DNA of 51,831 nucleotides from Octopus bimaculoides (taxonomy: Eukaryota): contig NC_069002.1 of the NCBI RefSeq assembly GCF_001194135.2, positions 9,280,414-9,332,244 of the forward strand. The letters are read 5' to 3'. Position 1 is the first letter of the stretch, and each line of letters opens with the position of its first letter. The notes under the pieces were generated by a model. It worked only from the letters and a program-made list of their open reading frames with translations, ran no database searches and had not been told where the DNA came from. Shown one piece after another: positions 11,601 to 21,267 of the stretch. Made by a program: the position numbers and the translations under genes.

Positions 11601-14600
11601 CTTGTTCTTGCTAAACTCTTCAGTCTCTCTCTTTCTCTCTCTCGACCACAAAATTATTCCAAACTTTGGAAACACACTACACTAAGTCCAAACAAAAGAA
11701 AGGCTACCTCTTTGATTCTGCCAGCTATTAATCTACTAACAGGCATTGCTCAGAATTAAAAGGTGTTGTGTCGATGCCCCCAGGCGAAGAAGTAGGATCT
11801 CCCACTCCAGCGATCACCAGTAGGGTTTCTCATCTACTGGATCTTTGCCCTATTCTGTCTGTCATGAGTAGAGCTTTACCATCACTTTTAATTAACAGCA
11901 CCACCCTTTCATCCTTCCTTCTCATCTTCATCTCTTCTACATTTGCCTCATTTCTATTGTTTAACCATGTTTCTTTTTTTGGTGGTGGTGGGGTTGTTAA
12001 TGCTTCAGTAAAAATATTTCATCTTGGATTTCTGTTTAATTTCCAGGTACCTTATTTCATTGAAGAACTAAAAATTACAGATATCGATTTAGGTACTTCG
12101 ATTCCGATTCTTCAGAAGTCCTCTAAACCCTATCTGGACGAACGTGGTTTCTGGGTTGACCTGCAGACGATGTATACTGGTGGTTTCAAGATGACTATTT
12201 CTACTAAGGTTAATTTAATGAAACTTAAGAAAAAGTCACTTGAAAAATCTCCAGTTCTTACAAGCAGACGGTTCGTATAATAAAATTTTAATTTTTTTCC
12301 ATCCATCCATCCATCCATCCATCCATCCATCTCCTCTGTTTCTTATTCCTGGGAAGGTGGTCATTGGGGTAGAGTCCTCAAGTACCCCATCCATAGGGTC
12401 CTACCAGAAGCGACCGTCCTTACTCTTTCCTGCTAGACTCTCAAGCGTGGCCAACTGTGACTATGAATATTCTCTCACCATCTCGTTATTGGTCTCCCAC
12501 TGGTTGGCTCAGCTTGAAGAATCTGTTTTGCGATTCTCTCATGCAACATTCTAATCATTTTTATTTATTAATTTATTTTTATTCTAGTTCTGCAGTGACG
12601 GATTCTAATGAAGAAGATAGTGCTGAGTCTTCGACAGATGAAGAGCCTGAGGATAATGGTATAGACGAGAGGTAAGATTTTGTTTGTGTAGATATGTCAT
12701 AAATATATATGATGTATGTTTGAAGTGATGTGTGTCCTCTCTTTGTAGAGGAAAAACCTTGCTATATTGTATATGTCTCTGCATGCATGCTCCAGTCACA
12801 AATACACGTGATACACATCATTTAACCCTTTAACATTTAAACCGGTCATATCCGGCCAAAAGTATTCTGCTTGTTTTATGTTCAAACTGGCCAAATCTGG
12901 TCTCTCACACCAACCCTACAATATCATTTTGAAAATTAACAGCTACCTCATCAAAATCTCATAGCTACAAGATAATGCATGATAAGTTCAAAACAATGTG
13001 GATGAAAAAGCATTAATTTTGGCAGAATAATGCAAACACTAAAGGGTTAATATACTCAAGATTTAAGGTGGTGAGCTGGCAGAATCATTACCATGCTGGA
13101 CGAGATGCTCAGTGGCATTTCATCTGTCTATATGTTCTGAATTCAAATGCCACCAGGGTCAATAAAATAAGTACCACTTGACCACTGGTGTCAGTGTAAT
13201 CTCCTTACGCCTACCTCTGAAATTGCTGGCCTTGTGCCAAAATTTGAAACCAATATACACAGGATTTAAATGCAAGCTGCTGTAAGTTTCATGCTTCTGA
13301 TAATGCAACAGTTTGACAAATTTGTATGCTGTGTATTTTTGGGCAGTCATTCAGGCTGAAAATAAGATATCAGATGTGTGTGTGTGTGTGTGTGTGTAAA
13401 ATAAATACAAATGATGTATTAAATATCATACAACATCCATTCTACTCTGTAAAGTGGTTGTCATTAGGAAGGGCATCCCGCTATAAGAACCATGTCAAAA
13501 CTGACCTCGCCTGTACTGGTGCCACAGTCCTGGTGTTGATTCCTTCAAGGAGGTGCTCCAGTATGGTCGCAGTCAAATGACTGAAACGAGTAAAAGAAAC
13601 AACAGAATGTATAACGCAGGCCACCATTGAAGCGAGATAAATTTACCAAAGTTTTTCTTTGCAGCAGCGGAGTTCCACAGATTGGCAGCAGTGGCAGTGG
13701 AGCTAGCCGCAAGATCCTGCGATACATTGACATGATAACACAGTCCAAGTATTTCCAGCAAGCCACTGAGTACAAGTATATAAAGAAGGCAATGGAAGGT
13801 GTATCCAACACGCCACTGATTCTTACTGTTGAGGTACATTGTCTCAATGGGGTACTCACCATTAATGTGCCACCCCCACCTACAGATAGATTGTGGTAAG
13901 TATTTTTCGTTGTTTATCTCTCAATATTTTTATATGTCTTTCATTCGTTTGTTTGTTTTTACTATGAGTGGCTGAGTGGTTAAGAGGTTTGCTTCCCAGT
14001 CATATGGTTTCAGGTTCTGTCCCTGCTGCATGACACCTTGCTGGGGCATGTTTATTTGTTTGTTTTTACTATGAGTGGCTCTGTGGTTAAGAGGTTTGCT
14101 TCCCAGTCATATGGTTTCAGGTTCTGTCCCTGCTGCATGACACCTTGCTGGGGCATGTTNNNNNNNNNNNNNNNNNNNNNNNNNNNNNNNNNNNNNNNNN
14201 NNNNNNNNNNNNNNNNNNNNNNNNNNNNNNNNNNNNNNNNNNNNNNNNNNNNNNNNNNNNNNNNNNNNNNNNNNNNNNNNNNNNNNNNNNNNNNNNNNNN
14301 NNNNNNNNNNNNNNNNNNNNNNNNNNNNNNNNNNNNNNNNNNNNNNNNNNNNNNNNNNNNNNNNNNNNNNNNNNNNNNNNNNNNNNNNNNNNNNNNNNNN
14401 NNNNNNNNNNNNNNNNNNNNNNNNNNNNNNNNNNNNNNNNNNNNNNNNNNNNNNNNNNNNNNNNNNNNNNNNNNNNNNNNNNNNNNNNNNNNNNNNNNNN
14501 NNNNNNNNNNNNNNNNNNNNNNNNNNNNNNNNNNNNNNNNNNNNNNNNNNNNNNNNNNNNNNNNNNNNNNNNNNNNNNNNNNNNNNNNNNNNNNNNNNNN

Positions 14601-16523
14601 NNNNNNNNNNNNNNNNNNNNNNNNNNNNNNNNNNNNNNNNNNNNNNNNNNNNNNNNNNNNNNNNNNNNNNNNNNNNNNNNNNNNNNNNNNNNNNNNNNNN
14701 NNNNNNNNNNNNNNNNNNNNNNNNNNNNNNNNNNNNNNNNNNNNNNNNNNNNNNNNNNNNNNNNNNNNNNNNNNNNNNNNNNNNNNNNNNNNNNNNNNNN
14801 NNNNNNNNNNNNNNNNNNNNNNNNNNNNNNNNNNNNNNNNNNNNNNNNNNNNNNNNNNNNNNNNNNNNNNNNNNNNNNNNNNNNNNNNNNNNNNNNNNNN
14901 NNNNNNNNNNNNNNNNNNNNNNNNNNNNNNNNNNNNNNNNNNNNNNNNNNNNNNNNNNNNNNNNNNNNNNNNNNNNNNNNNNNNNNNNNNNNNNNNNNNN
15001 NNNNNNNNNNNNNNNNNNNNNNNNNNNNNNNNNNNNNNNNNNNNNNNNNNNNNNNNNNGATTCCGGGTTCAGTCCCACTGTGTGGCACCTTGGGCAAGTA
15101 TCTACTACTATAGCCTTGTGAGTGAATTTGAAAGACAAATTGAAAAAAGCTTGTCATATATACATATATGTGTGTGTGTGTGTCTTTGTTGTGTCTGTTT
15201 GTCCACCCCCCACCCCCATCACCACTTGACAATTGGTGATGAGCAATGTGAAATGAAGTATTTTGCTCAAGAACACAGCATGCCACCACCCTGGGAATTG
15301 AACCTATGATCTAGCAATTGTGAGTGCAACACTCTAACCATAGGCTACATGCCTTCGCACATATGTATGTATGCAGATATATATATGTGTGTGTCATATG
15401 TACGTGTGATGATTATAAATGAGTATCCCCATCATACAAGGGACATTGTCCATTTCCAGTCTTCCATAAAGAGCATGTCTGGCCATGGTGGAAATATTAC
15501 CTTGTTTGGAAACAGGTGAAGGTTGGTGACAGCAAGGGCATCTAACTGCAGAAAATCTGCCTCAACAAACTCTATCTTTTGTAGGTTCTGTTGGAGGCAT
15601 GCTGGCCCCTGAAAAATAATTCCCTTCTTTTCTTCTCACTAGTCTTGCTACCCTTCTTTCTGAGATTTAAAAAAAAATAGAAAAAAAGAAACCGCACCAA
15701 ACAAACAACTGTGCAATGTGTATTGTTTTTTTAATCTAGGTATGGTTTTCGTGATAATCCACAACTGACTCTTGTGGCTAAACCTAAGGTTGGAGAAAGA
15801 GAAGTGACTGTTACCCATATCACTGAATGGATTGAGAAGAAATTAACCATTGAATTCCAGGTAAAAGAAAGCATTTTTTGAAAATCTTTTCTCGAGTTTT
15901 CTATCATTTCTTTGATTATAATATTCCATCCTTTAATCTGTTAAGCATTTAAACTAACCACATCTAGCCCAAATATTCTGGCTGTTTTACATTCAAACCA
16001 GTCAGATCCTAGTCTCTCACACTAACCCTGCAATGTCATTCTAAAATAAACAGTTACATCATTGAAATCTGAAAGCTATGAGATAATGCAAGATTAATTC
16101 AAAATAATCATCCTGAAAGATTGCGTTTCCCCTCCAGAAACAGTTCCACAACCATAGGATGAATTTGATCAGATAAAATGCTTAGTCTTGACTATTAATT
16201 CTGCCATGAAGGGAAACCATTGGGCTGGCAGATTTCCTAGATAGCCCCCCCCCNNNNNNNNNNNNNNNNNNNNNNNNNNNNNNNNNNNNNNNNNNNNNNN
16301 NNNNNNNNNNNNNNNNNNNNNNNNNNNNNNNNNNNNNNNNNNNNNNNNNNNNNNNNNNNNNNNNNNNNNNNNNNNNNNNNNNNNNNNNNNNNNNNNNNNN
16401 NNNNNNNNNNNNNNNNNNCCCCCGATCATCACTGGTCCTCTTCCATGTTTAAACTAGCTTTTGATGGTTTTATAGATATTTCAAAATTATGATGCGAGGT
16501 GTTTCCTTTATTTTGTCCAACCC

Positions 16524-16566
<43 letters not shown>

Positions 16567-19335
16567 CATATATACACCACCTAATTTGGTGGTGTTCCTA
16601 ATTTTATTATATACTATTAAAACCAATTAAAAAATAACTGTATATGTAATGGATAAGATTATTTAGGTACAACAACAATTTTCTGGAACTTTTGATTCCA
16701 AAACCTTTCTTGAAAGTCAGTGTTGTACCTGTATATACATTTATGTTCTATATTTCAGCTGGTAACTTACAAAAAACAAAAGACGGATTCTTTTTTTATT
16801 CTTCATTCATTTGGTTATTTTTCTCTGTATATTCCTTAGCGAATATTTGTGCTGCCCAATATGGATGACTTGGTAATCCCTCTGTTGCTGCCAGGACTTC
16901 CTGAGGATGCTGTTCCTTCAACCATCTGTCCACCTGACGGCACTGAGGTCTGATGCAATTGATGCCAATTAAAACATTTCATTGCTCTTAATCGATCGTC
17001 AATTGTTTATCTGACTCTCTCTGCTTGTCAGGCCAGTTTTCTTGCTGGTCAGCATTATTTTATATACAACTGCACATGTATATTTCTATACATCTATATA
17101 TATATTTGTCAGAATCTTGCAGTGTAATGCACATATATTAAGTAGCTATTCTTTCATAACACAGCTTGTTTTGTGTTGTTTTGCATTTTTGTTGATTTCA
17201 CGGATCAGTAGTCTTGTGTTTAAAGCATGACATGTTTTTGCAGTTTTATTTGATGGTCAGCATTATTTTATATACAACTGCACATGTATATTTCTATACA
17301 TCTATATATATATATTTGTTAGAATCTTGCAGTGTAATGCACAAAAATTTAGTAGCTATTCTTTCGTAACACAGCTTACTTTGTGTTATTTTGTATTGTT
17401 GTTGATTTCACAGATTAGTAGTTTTGTGTTTAAAGCATGTCTTATTTTTGCAGTTTTATTTGATGTCGTTTCCTTGTTTTTCCACAACACTTTACATGAC
17501 AGCAGCTCCTCAAATTTTCTCTGTCTCTTTTAAAAACTTTGCTCTTTGCCAATGAGAATTGTAAGATGTCTGTTTACGTCATAAGCGTTATTTATCTAGA
17601 AACTACAAGGAATATGAAATAAATTGTTTTAACGGTGGAACTTGAAGTAGATAAAGCTATAAATGATAGCATGTCGAATCTTGAGTTCAAAAACTACTTG
17701 GATAGAAAAAGTCAAAGGCTGCAAGCTTTGTGTGCCTCTGTTTGTCCCCCCCACCATTGCTTGACAACCAATGTTGGTGTGTTTACATCCCTAGCGGTTC
17801 AGCAAGAGAGACCGATAGGATAAGTACTAGGCTTACAAAGAATAAGTCTTGGGGTCTATTTGCTCCAGCATGGCTACAGTCAAATGACTGAAACAAGTAA
17901 AAGAATAGCCTTTAAAATTTTTTTTTTTTCCTTTTTTGATGTTGGTGAATCATTGATTAAATCAGTATGACTATACTAATCTAACATGTATCAAGATAAG
18001 CTGCATTATTATCTAGCAGTTCATGATAGATATTTCTCAACAACAGTACATCACTCCTCCCTGCCACGCACACGATTGAGTCACTATTACTGTCGCTTAT
18101 ATCTATAAGACACTCCCTGACAAACACCTGATGTACAAATTAAAAAGTTCATCATCCATTATCTCTCGTACTTTGACCTCCCAACACCTGATTGAACTGC
18201 ATTTGAGCTGAGACTGTTGCTGTTTGAAAGAGAGGTTGGGTTAGGGTTTGCACACTGATCTTGTAAAACCCTCACCAGCAGCAACTATCCTAAGCAGACC
18301 CTTGGGTTGTAGAGTTGTCACCCGAGTGATGCAAAGACGTCATCCATCAGGAGTGGCCCAGTGGTTAGTGTTGCACTCACCATGTAGGTCATGGGTTCAG
18401 TTCCTGGACTGGGCAGCATGTTGTGTCCTTGAGCAAGACGTGTCATATGTTACTTCAGTGGTGCTGTGTGGGGATGCTGGCGATTTGGTATGGCTGACTG
18501 AACATTGAACCTGTTTTGACAACCGTACTTTTTGGCACTGGAAGCAAAACGCACACACAAACATACATGCAGAAATACACACAGAAATATACGTGTAGAA
18601 ATACATTCAAACACACATATAAAAAGTGAAAGAAGTATTACAGTTTATTGATTGAACACGATTGACATAAACACTACTCTCCCTCTCCTCAGATACATAA
18701 ACAGAGAGTGGTGGGGAGAGTGAGAGAAGCATTAAAACATCTGATGTTAAATCAGTGATGCTAGAGAGGTGGCACCAGATTGGCCGTGTGAAACCATCTC
18801 ATGCCAAGTCAATTAAGTGTCTGGCTGGGAGGGAATCGATTAACGAAAGTTCTATTACACACCAGTCATCCTATTTAGTTCATAACCAGTGTCGTTATTC
18901 ATTCCTAATATTTCTATGAAAAGATATCTGGCTGTGAGGAAATATTACTTTGCTTGGAAACAAGTGAAAGTTGGTGACAGGAAGGGCATCCAAATGTAGA
19001 AAACCTACCTCAATAAACTCTGTCAGCCCTAGCATGGATGGAAAAGAGGTCATTAAATGACGATGATAATAAAAGATTCCTAAATCATTATTATTTATGC
19101 ATGATACATATTGTCTGCATCAAAATCAATATCATTTATGCATGATACTCAGTGTCTACTTTAAAATCAACATTATCATTGTTACTGTTTTATCCAAAAC
19201 ATATAAACATGAGTCTGGACTGACCTCATAATGTCTATTGTTGCATACAACTGGTACTTTATACCTATTGTTCGTTATTTTTAATCTGTATGTATTGTTG
19301 TTCATTTATTAAATTTTGCATGTTCTCTTTTCATT

Positions 19336-19376
<41 letters not shown>

Positions 19377-21267
19377 NNNNNNNNNNTTATATATATATAT
19401 ATACATATAAAATTTATTAATAAGGGTAGAAATTGATATTAATCAATTAAAACCAGTGGTCTAGCATTTTAAAAAAATCCGAAGATTAAAATTATATTAC
19501 ATACAAAAATAAGAGGAATGACCAGCAAAAGTGGACTCCTATATGCTAGAAATAGATGCTGAATCACCTAACCACGAAAAGATATGTTCTCAGTAAAATA
19601 CTAAATAAAAAAATCGTTTTTTTTATTTAGTATTTTTTCATTTGTCTTGCCCTTTTACAGTTTGTGTCGCTAAATTTTTACTGAGAACATATTTTTCGTG
19701 GTTAGATGATTCGGCATCTATTTCTAGCATATAGGAGTCCACTTTTGCTGGTCATTCCTCTTATTTTTGTATGTATATATATATATATGTATATGATCAG
19801 TGTCACATACATAATATATATGTGTTGTTAAATGCTTTTAAGTGGTAGTATTTTGTCCAGAGAAAATCCTTTTAAAGATGTAGTGCTAAAAGGCATTCGT
19901 TTGTTATATGTTTGCTGCTATTTCACATTTAGGGCTAGTCATAGCATCCTTGTGTAGCAGCCATCTCACCTGTTTGATAATTTCTTTGTCAGTATCCATG
20001 TTTCACTGCCATATAATTGCACTTTGGAGTTCCAGATGGCAAAGATGGCTAGGCTGTTGCACTCACGATTGCAAGATCGTGGTTTCGATTCCCAGACCAG
20101 GCATTGTATTGTGTTCTTGAGCAAAGCACTTCATTTCACATTGCTCTGTGATCATTTTGTCATCTGACATGTGGCACACGGTGCACCTGTACAGGTAATA
20201 GTAAATTTGATGGTGGGAGTGAGCTTATGCGAACACAAACATTTGATCACTATAACCAAACCATCTGTGTGGTTGTTCGGCAAGAAATTGCCGAATCCTC
20301 ATATGTTGTCTGATGATGAGAGTCTATGATATATATATTAGACAAAATGAGATAACAAAGCCAAGGCCGTGAGGAGTTTTCAGGACATTTATAAGATAAA
20401 AGATATCGATATAGTCTTACAGCTGTTTCTGGGATATTATGGATATCCCTTCATCAGAGAGACGATGTGAGATGATTAAATAGCGGTAATTGAATTTGAA
20501 ATAAGGAATTATTATGGAAAAGGAAGAGATAGGGAATATAGAGGGAAATAAGAGAATGAAAGTAGAAATAAAATATATAACCCTTTAGCATTTAAACTGG
20601 CCATATCCAGTTCAAAACAATGTGGATAAAAAGGCATTAATTATGGCAGAATAATGTGAACACTAAAGGGTTAAAGATATTGTAGTTGCAGTTCCATTAT
20701 TTGAGAAAAGTGGTGTATAGAAGTGGTAAAAAAGTTTCCTGTACATGGTATACCTCAGCTTTACCTCATTTTGTCTATATATATATATATGCATGCTAAT
20801 ACAAGACCTACATTAGACTCTTCACTCGTATCACTATTGAACCAAGAGTTTAACTAGTCTGTCCATAGCACTTACTTAGCGTTACCTGCCTCTCTTTGGG
20901 TCTTCTAGATACCAATACCTCTCATATATATATATATATGTATGTATGTATGTATGTAAATCTGCTTGATTATTGTGTTTCCAGAGCATGAAACTGTTAG
21001 CAGCTCATATTTGAATACTGTTTATATTGAATGATATTTATCTCTCAGTAGACGGAATACTTCTTTTGCTGAACCTACAATAACAGTAAACAATGTGTGT
21101 GTGTGTGTGTGTATGTATATATATAAAGACATGTATAATGATTCAGTTTTTTTCTCTTTCATTTCCAGAGGTTACTTGTTTTACCAAATATGGACGATCT
21201 TTTGATTCCAATCATGATAAATCCTGTGGAGGAATTTTTGTCACTGATTACGACAACAGTGCACTAA
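7514..21267 (+). CDS. TEX2: Testis-expressed protein 2 (TEX2/Nvj2-like; 2 TM + PH-like + SMP domain), 5'-partial. Exons 7514-8643, 10470-11465, 12047-12270, 12588-12671, 13665-13895, 15740-15860, then 16840-16953 OR 21169-21267
   Basis: All introns are GT-AG with matching phases (0,0,2,2,2,0). Joined peptide contains K|GWMNE..YDP..Y, VYVRLEG..LRLS, KKRLWSKKYPICI, LYLFARTGREKEEWY, W.NALIGR..WDFL, PPPPTDRLWYGF, KPKVGEREV, F|RIFVLPNMDD, all recalled hallmarks of metazoan TEX2. At least 965 aa are visible. Confidence 0.95.
8755..8986 (+). mobile_element. Internally deleted mariner (Tc1/mariner) element
   Basis: TA-flanked ~30-bp TIRs (TCGGGTTGTCTGGAAAGTTCGTGCCGATTT / AAATTGGCACAAACTTTCCGGACAACCCAA). 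Retains the transposase C-terminus FAMKPPQFWEEGIFKLKERWRRIVQQNGSYLVD*. Confidence 0.88.
9256..9482 (-). mobile_element. TTAA-flanked MITE (piggyBac-type ends), family F
   Basis: TTAA-CCCTTTAG ... CTAAAGGG-TTAA. Other copies at 5545-5735, 5878-6050, 12822-13050, 15940-16110, 20578-20674, 51277-51500. Confidence 0.8.
10470..11465 (+). CDS. TEX2: TEX2 exon, PH-like domain and start of SMP domain
   Basis: ttttcaag|GGA TGG ATG ... ATT CAT|gtgagt; 996 nt, phase 0/0. Confidence 0.95.
12047..12270 (+). CDS. TEX2: TEX2 SMP exon (VPYFIEELKITDIDLG...LTSR)
   Basis: ttccag|GTA CCT TAT ... AGA CG|gttcgt; phase 0/2. Confidence 0.9.
12588..12671 (+). CDS. TEX2: TEX2 exon (R)SAVTDSNEEDSAESSTDEEPEDNGIDE
   Basis: attctag|T TCT GCA ... 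GAG AG|gtaaga; 84 nt, phase 2/2; contains the DSAESSTDEE motif. Confidence 0.88.
12822..13050 (+). mobile_element. TTAA-flanked MITE family F, full copy
   Basis: TTAA CCCTTTAAC ... CACTAAAGGG TTAA; opposite orientation to 9256-9482. Confidence 0.8.
13665..13895 (+). CDS. TEX2: TEX2 exon (...KILRYIDMITQSKYFQQATEYKYIKKAMEGVSNTPLILTVEV...PPPPTDRL)
   Basis: ttctttgcag|CAGCGG ... TTG TG|gtaagt; phase 2/2; tandem CAGCAG acceptor. Confidence 0.92.
15740..15860 (+). CDS. TEX2: TEX2 exon (W)YGFRDNPQLTLVAKPKVGEREVTVTHITEWIEKKLTIEFQ
   Basis: ttaatctag|G TAT GGT ... TTC CAG|gtaaaa; phase 2/0. Not in the ORF track. Confidence 0.95.
16840..16953 (+). CDS. TEX2: TEX2 terminal exon A: RIFVLPNMDDLVIPLLLPGLPEDAVPSTICPPDGTEV*
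   Basis: attccttag|CGA ATA TTT, phase 0, TGA at 16951-16953; conserved F/VxLPNMDD motif. Confidence 0.92.
   Translation, partial: RIFVLPNMDDLVIPLLLPGLPEDAVPSTICPPDGTEV
17046..17464 (+). repeat. Direct tandem duplication of ~208 bp in the TEX2-A 3' region
   Basis: TGGTCAGCATTATTTTATATACAACTGCAC starts at 17046 and again at 17254; the copies differ by scattered substitutions. Confidence 0.9.
17618..17623 (+). terminator. Candidate poly(A) signal AATAAA for TEX2 isoform A
   Basis: AATAAA about 665 nt downstream of the exon A stop. An ATTAAA also lies at 16968-16973. The sequence is AT-rich, so chance occurrence is possible. Confidence 0.3.
19498..19775. repeat. Inverted repeat, ~100-bp arms with ~77-bp spacer
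   Basis: 19498-19598 is the near-perfect reverse complement of 19676-19775. Confidence 0.9.
20414..20463 (-). ncRNA. Degenerate minimal type-I hammerhead-ribozyme-like motif, probably from a Penelope-like retroelement terminus
   Basis: Minus strand reads GTCTCT-CTGATGA-A-GGGATAT-ccata-ATATCCC-A-GAAAC-AGCT-GTA-AGAC: both catalytic boxes, a 7-bp stem II, a palindromic stem III loop and a GUA triplet. Confidence 0.45.
21169..21267 (+). CDS. TEX2: TEX2 paralogous alternative terminal exon B: RLLVLPNMDDLLIPIMINPVEEFLSLITTTVH*
   Basis: Strong acceptor tttttttctctttcatttccag|AGG TTA CTT, phase 0, TAA at 21265-21267. 11 of the first 15 aa are identical to exon A. Confidence 0.8.
   Translation, partial: RLLVLPNMDDLLIPIMINPVEEFLSLITTTVH

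Noticed and set aside
13940-14159. ~108-bp tandem duplication of a SINE head
   Set aside because: Near-identical copies run straight into an N-gap, so an assembly overlap or allelic echo is as likely as biology.
18770-18905. Faint resemblance to 28S rRNA (GAATCGATTAACGAAAGTTC)
   Set aside because: Only a short imperfect match that does not extend; more likely an unclassified repeat.
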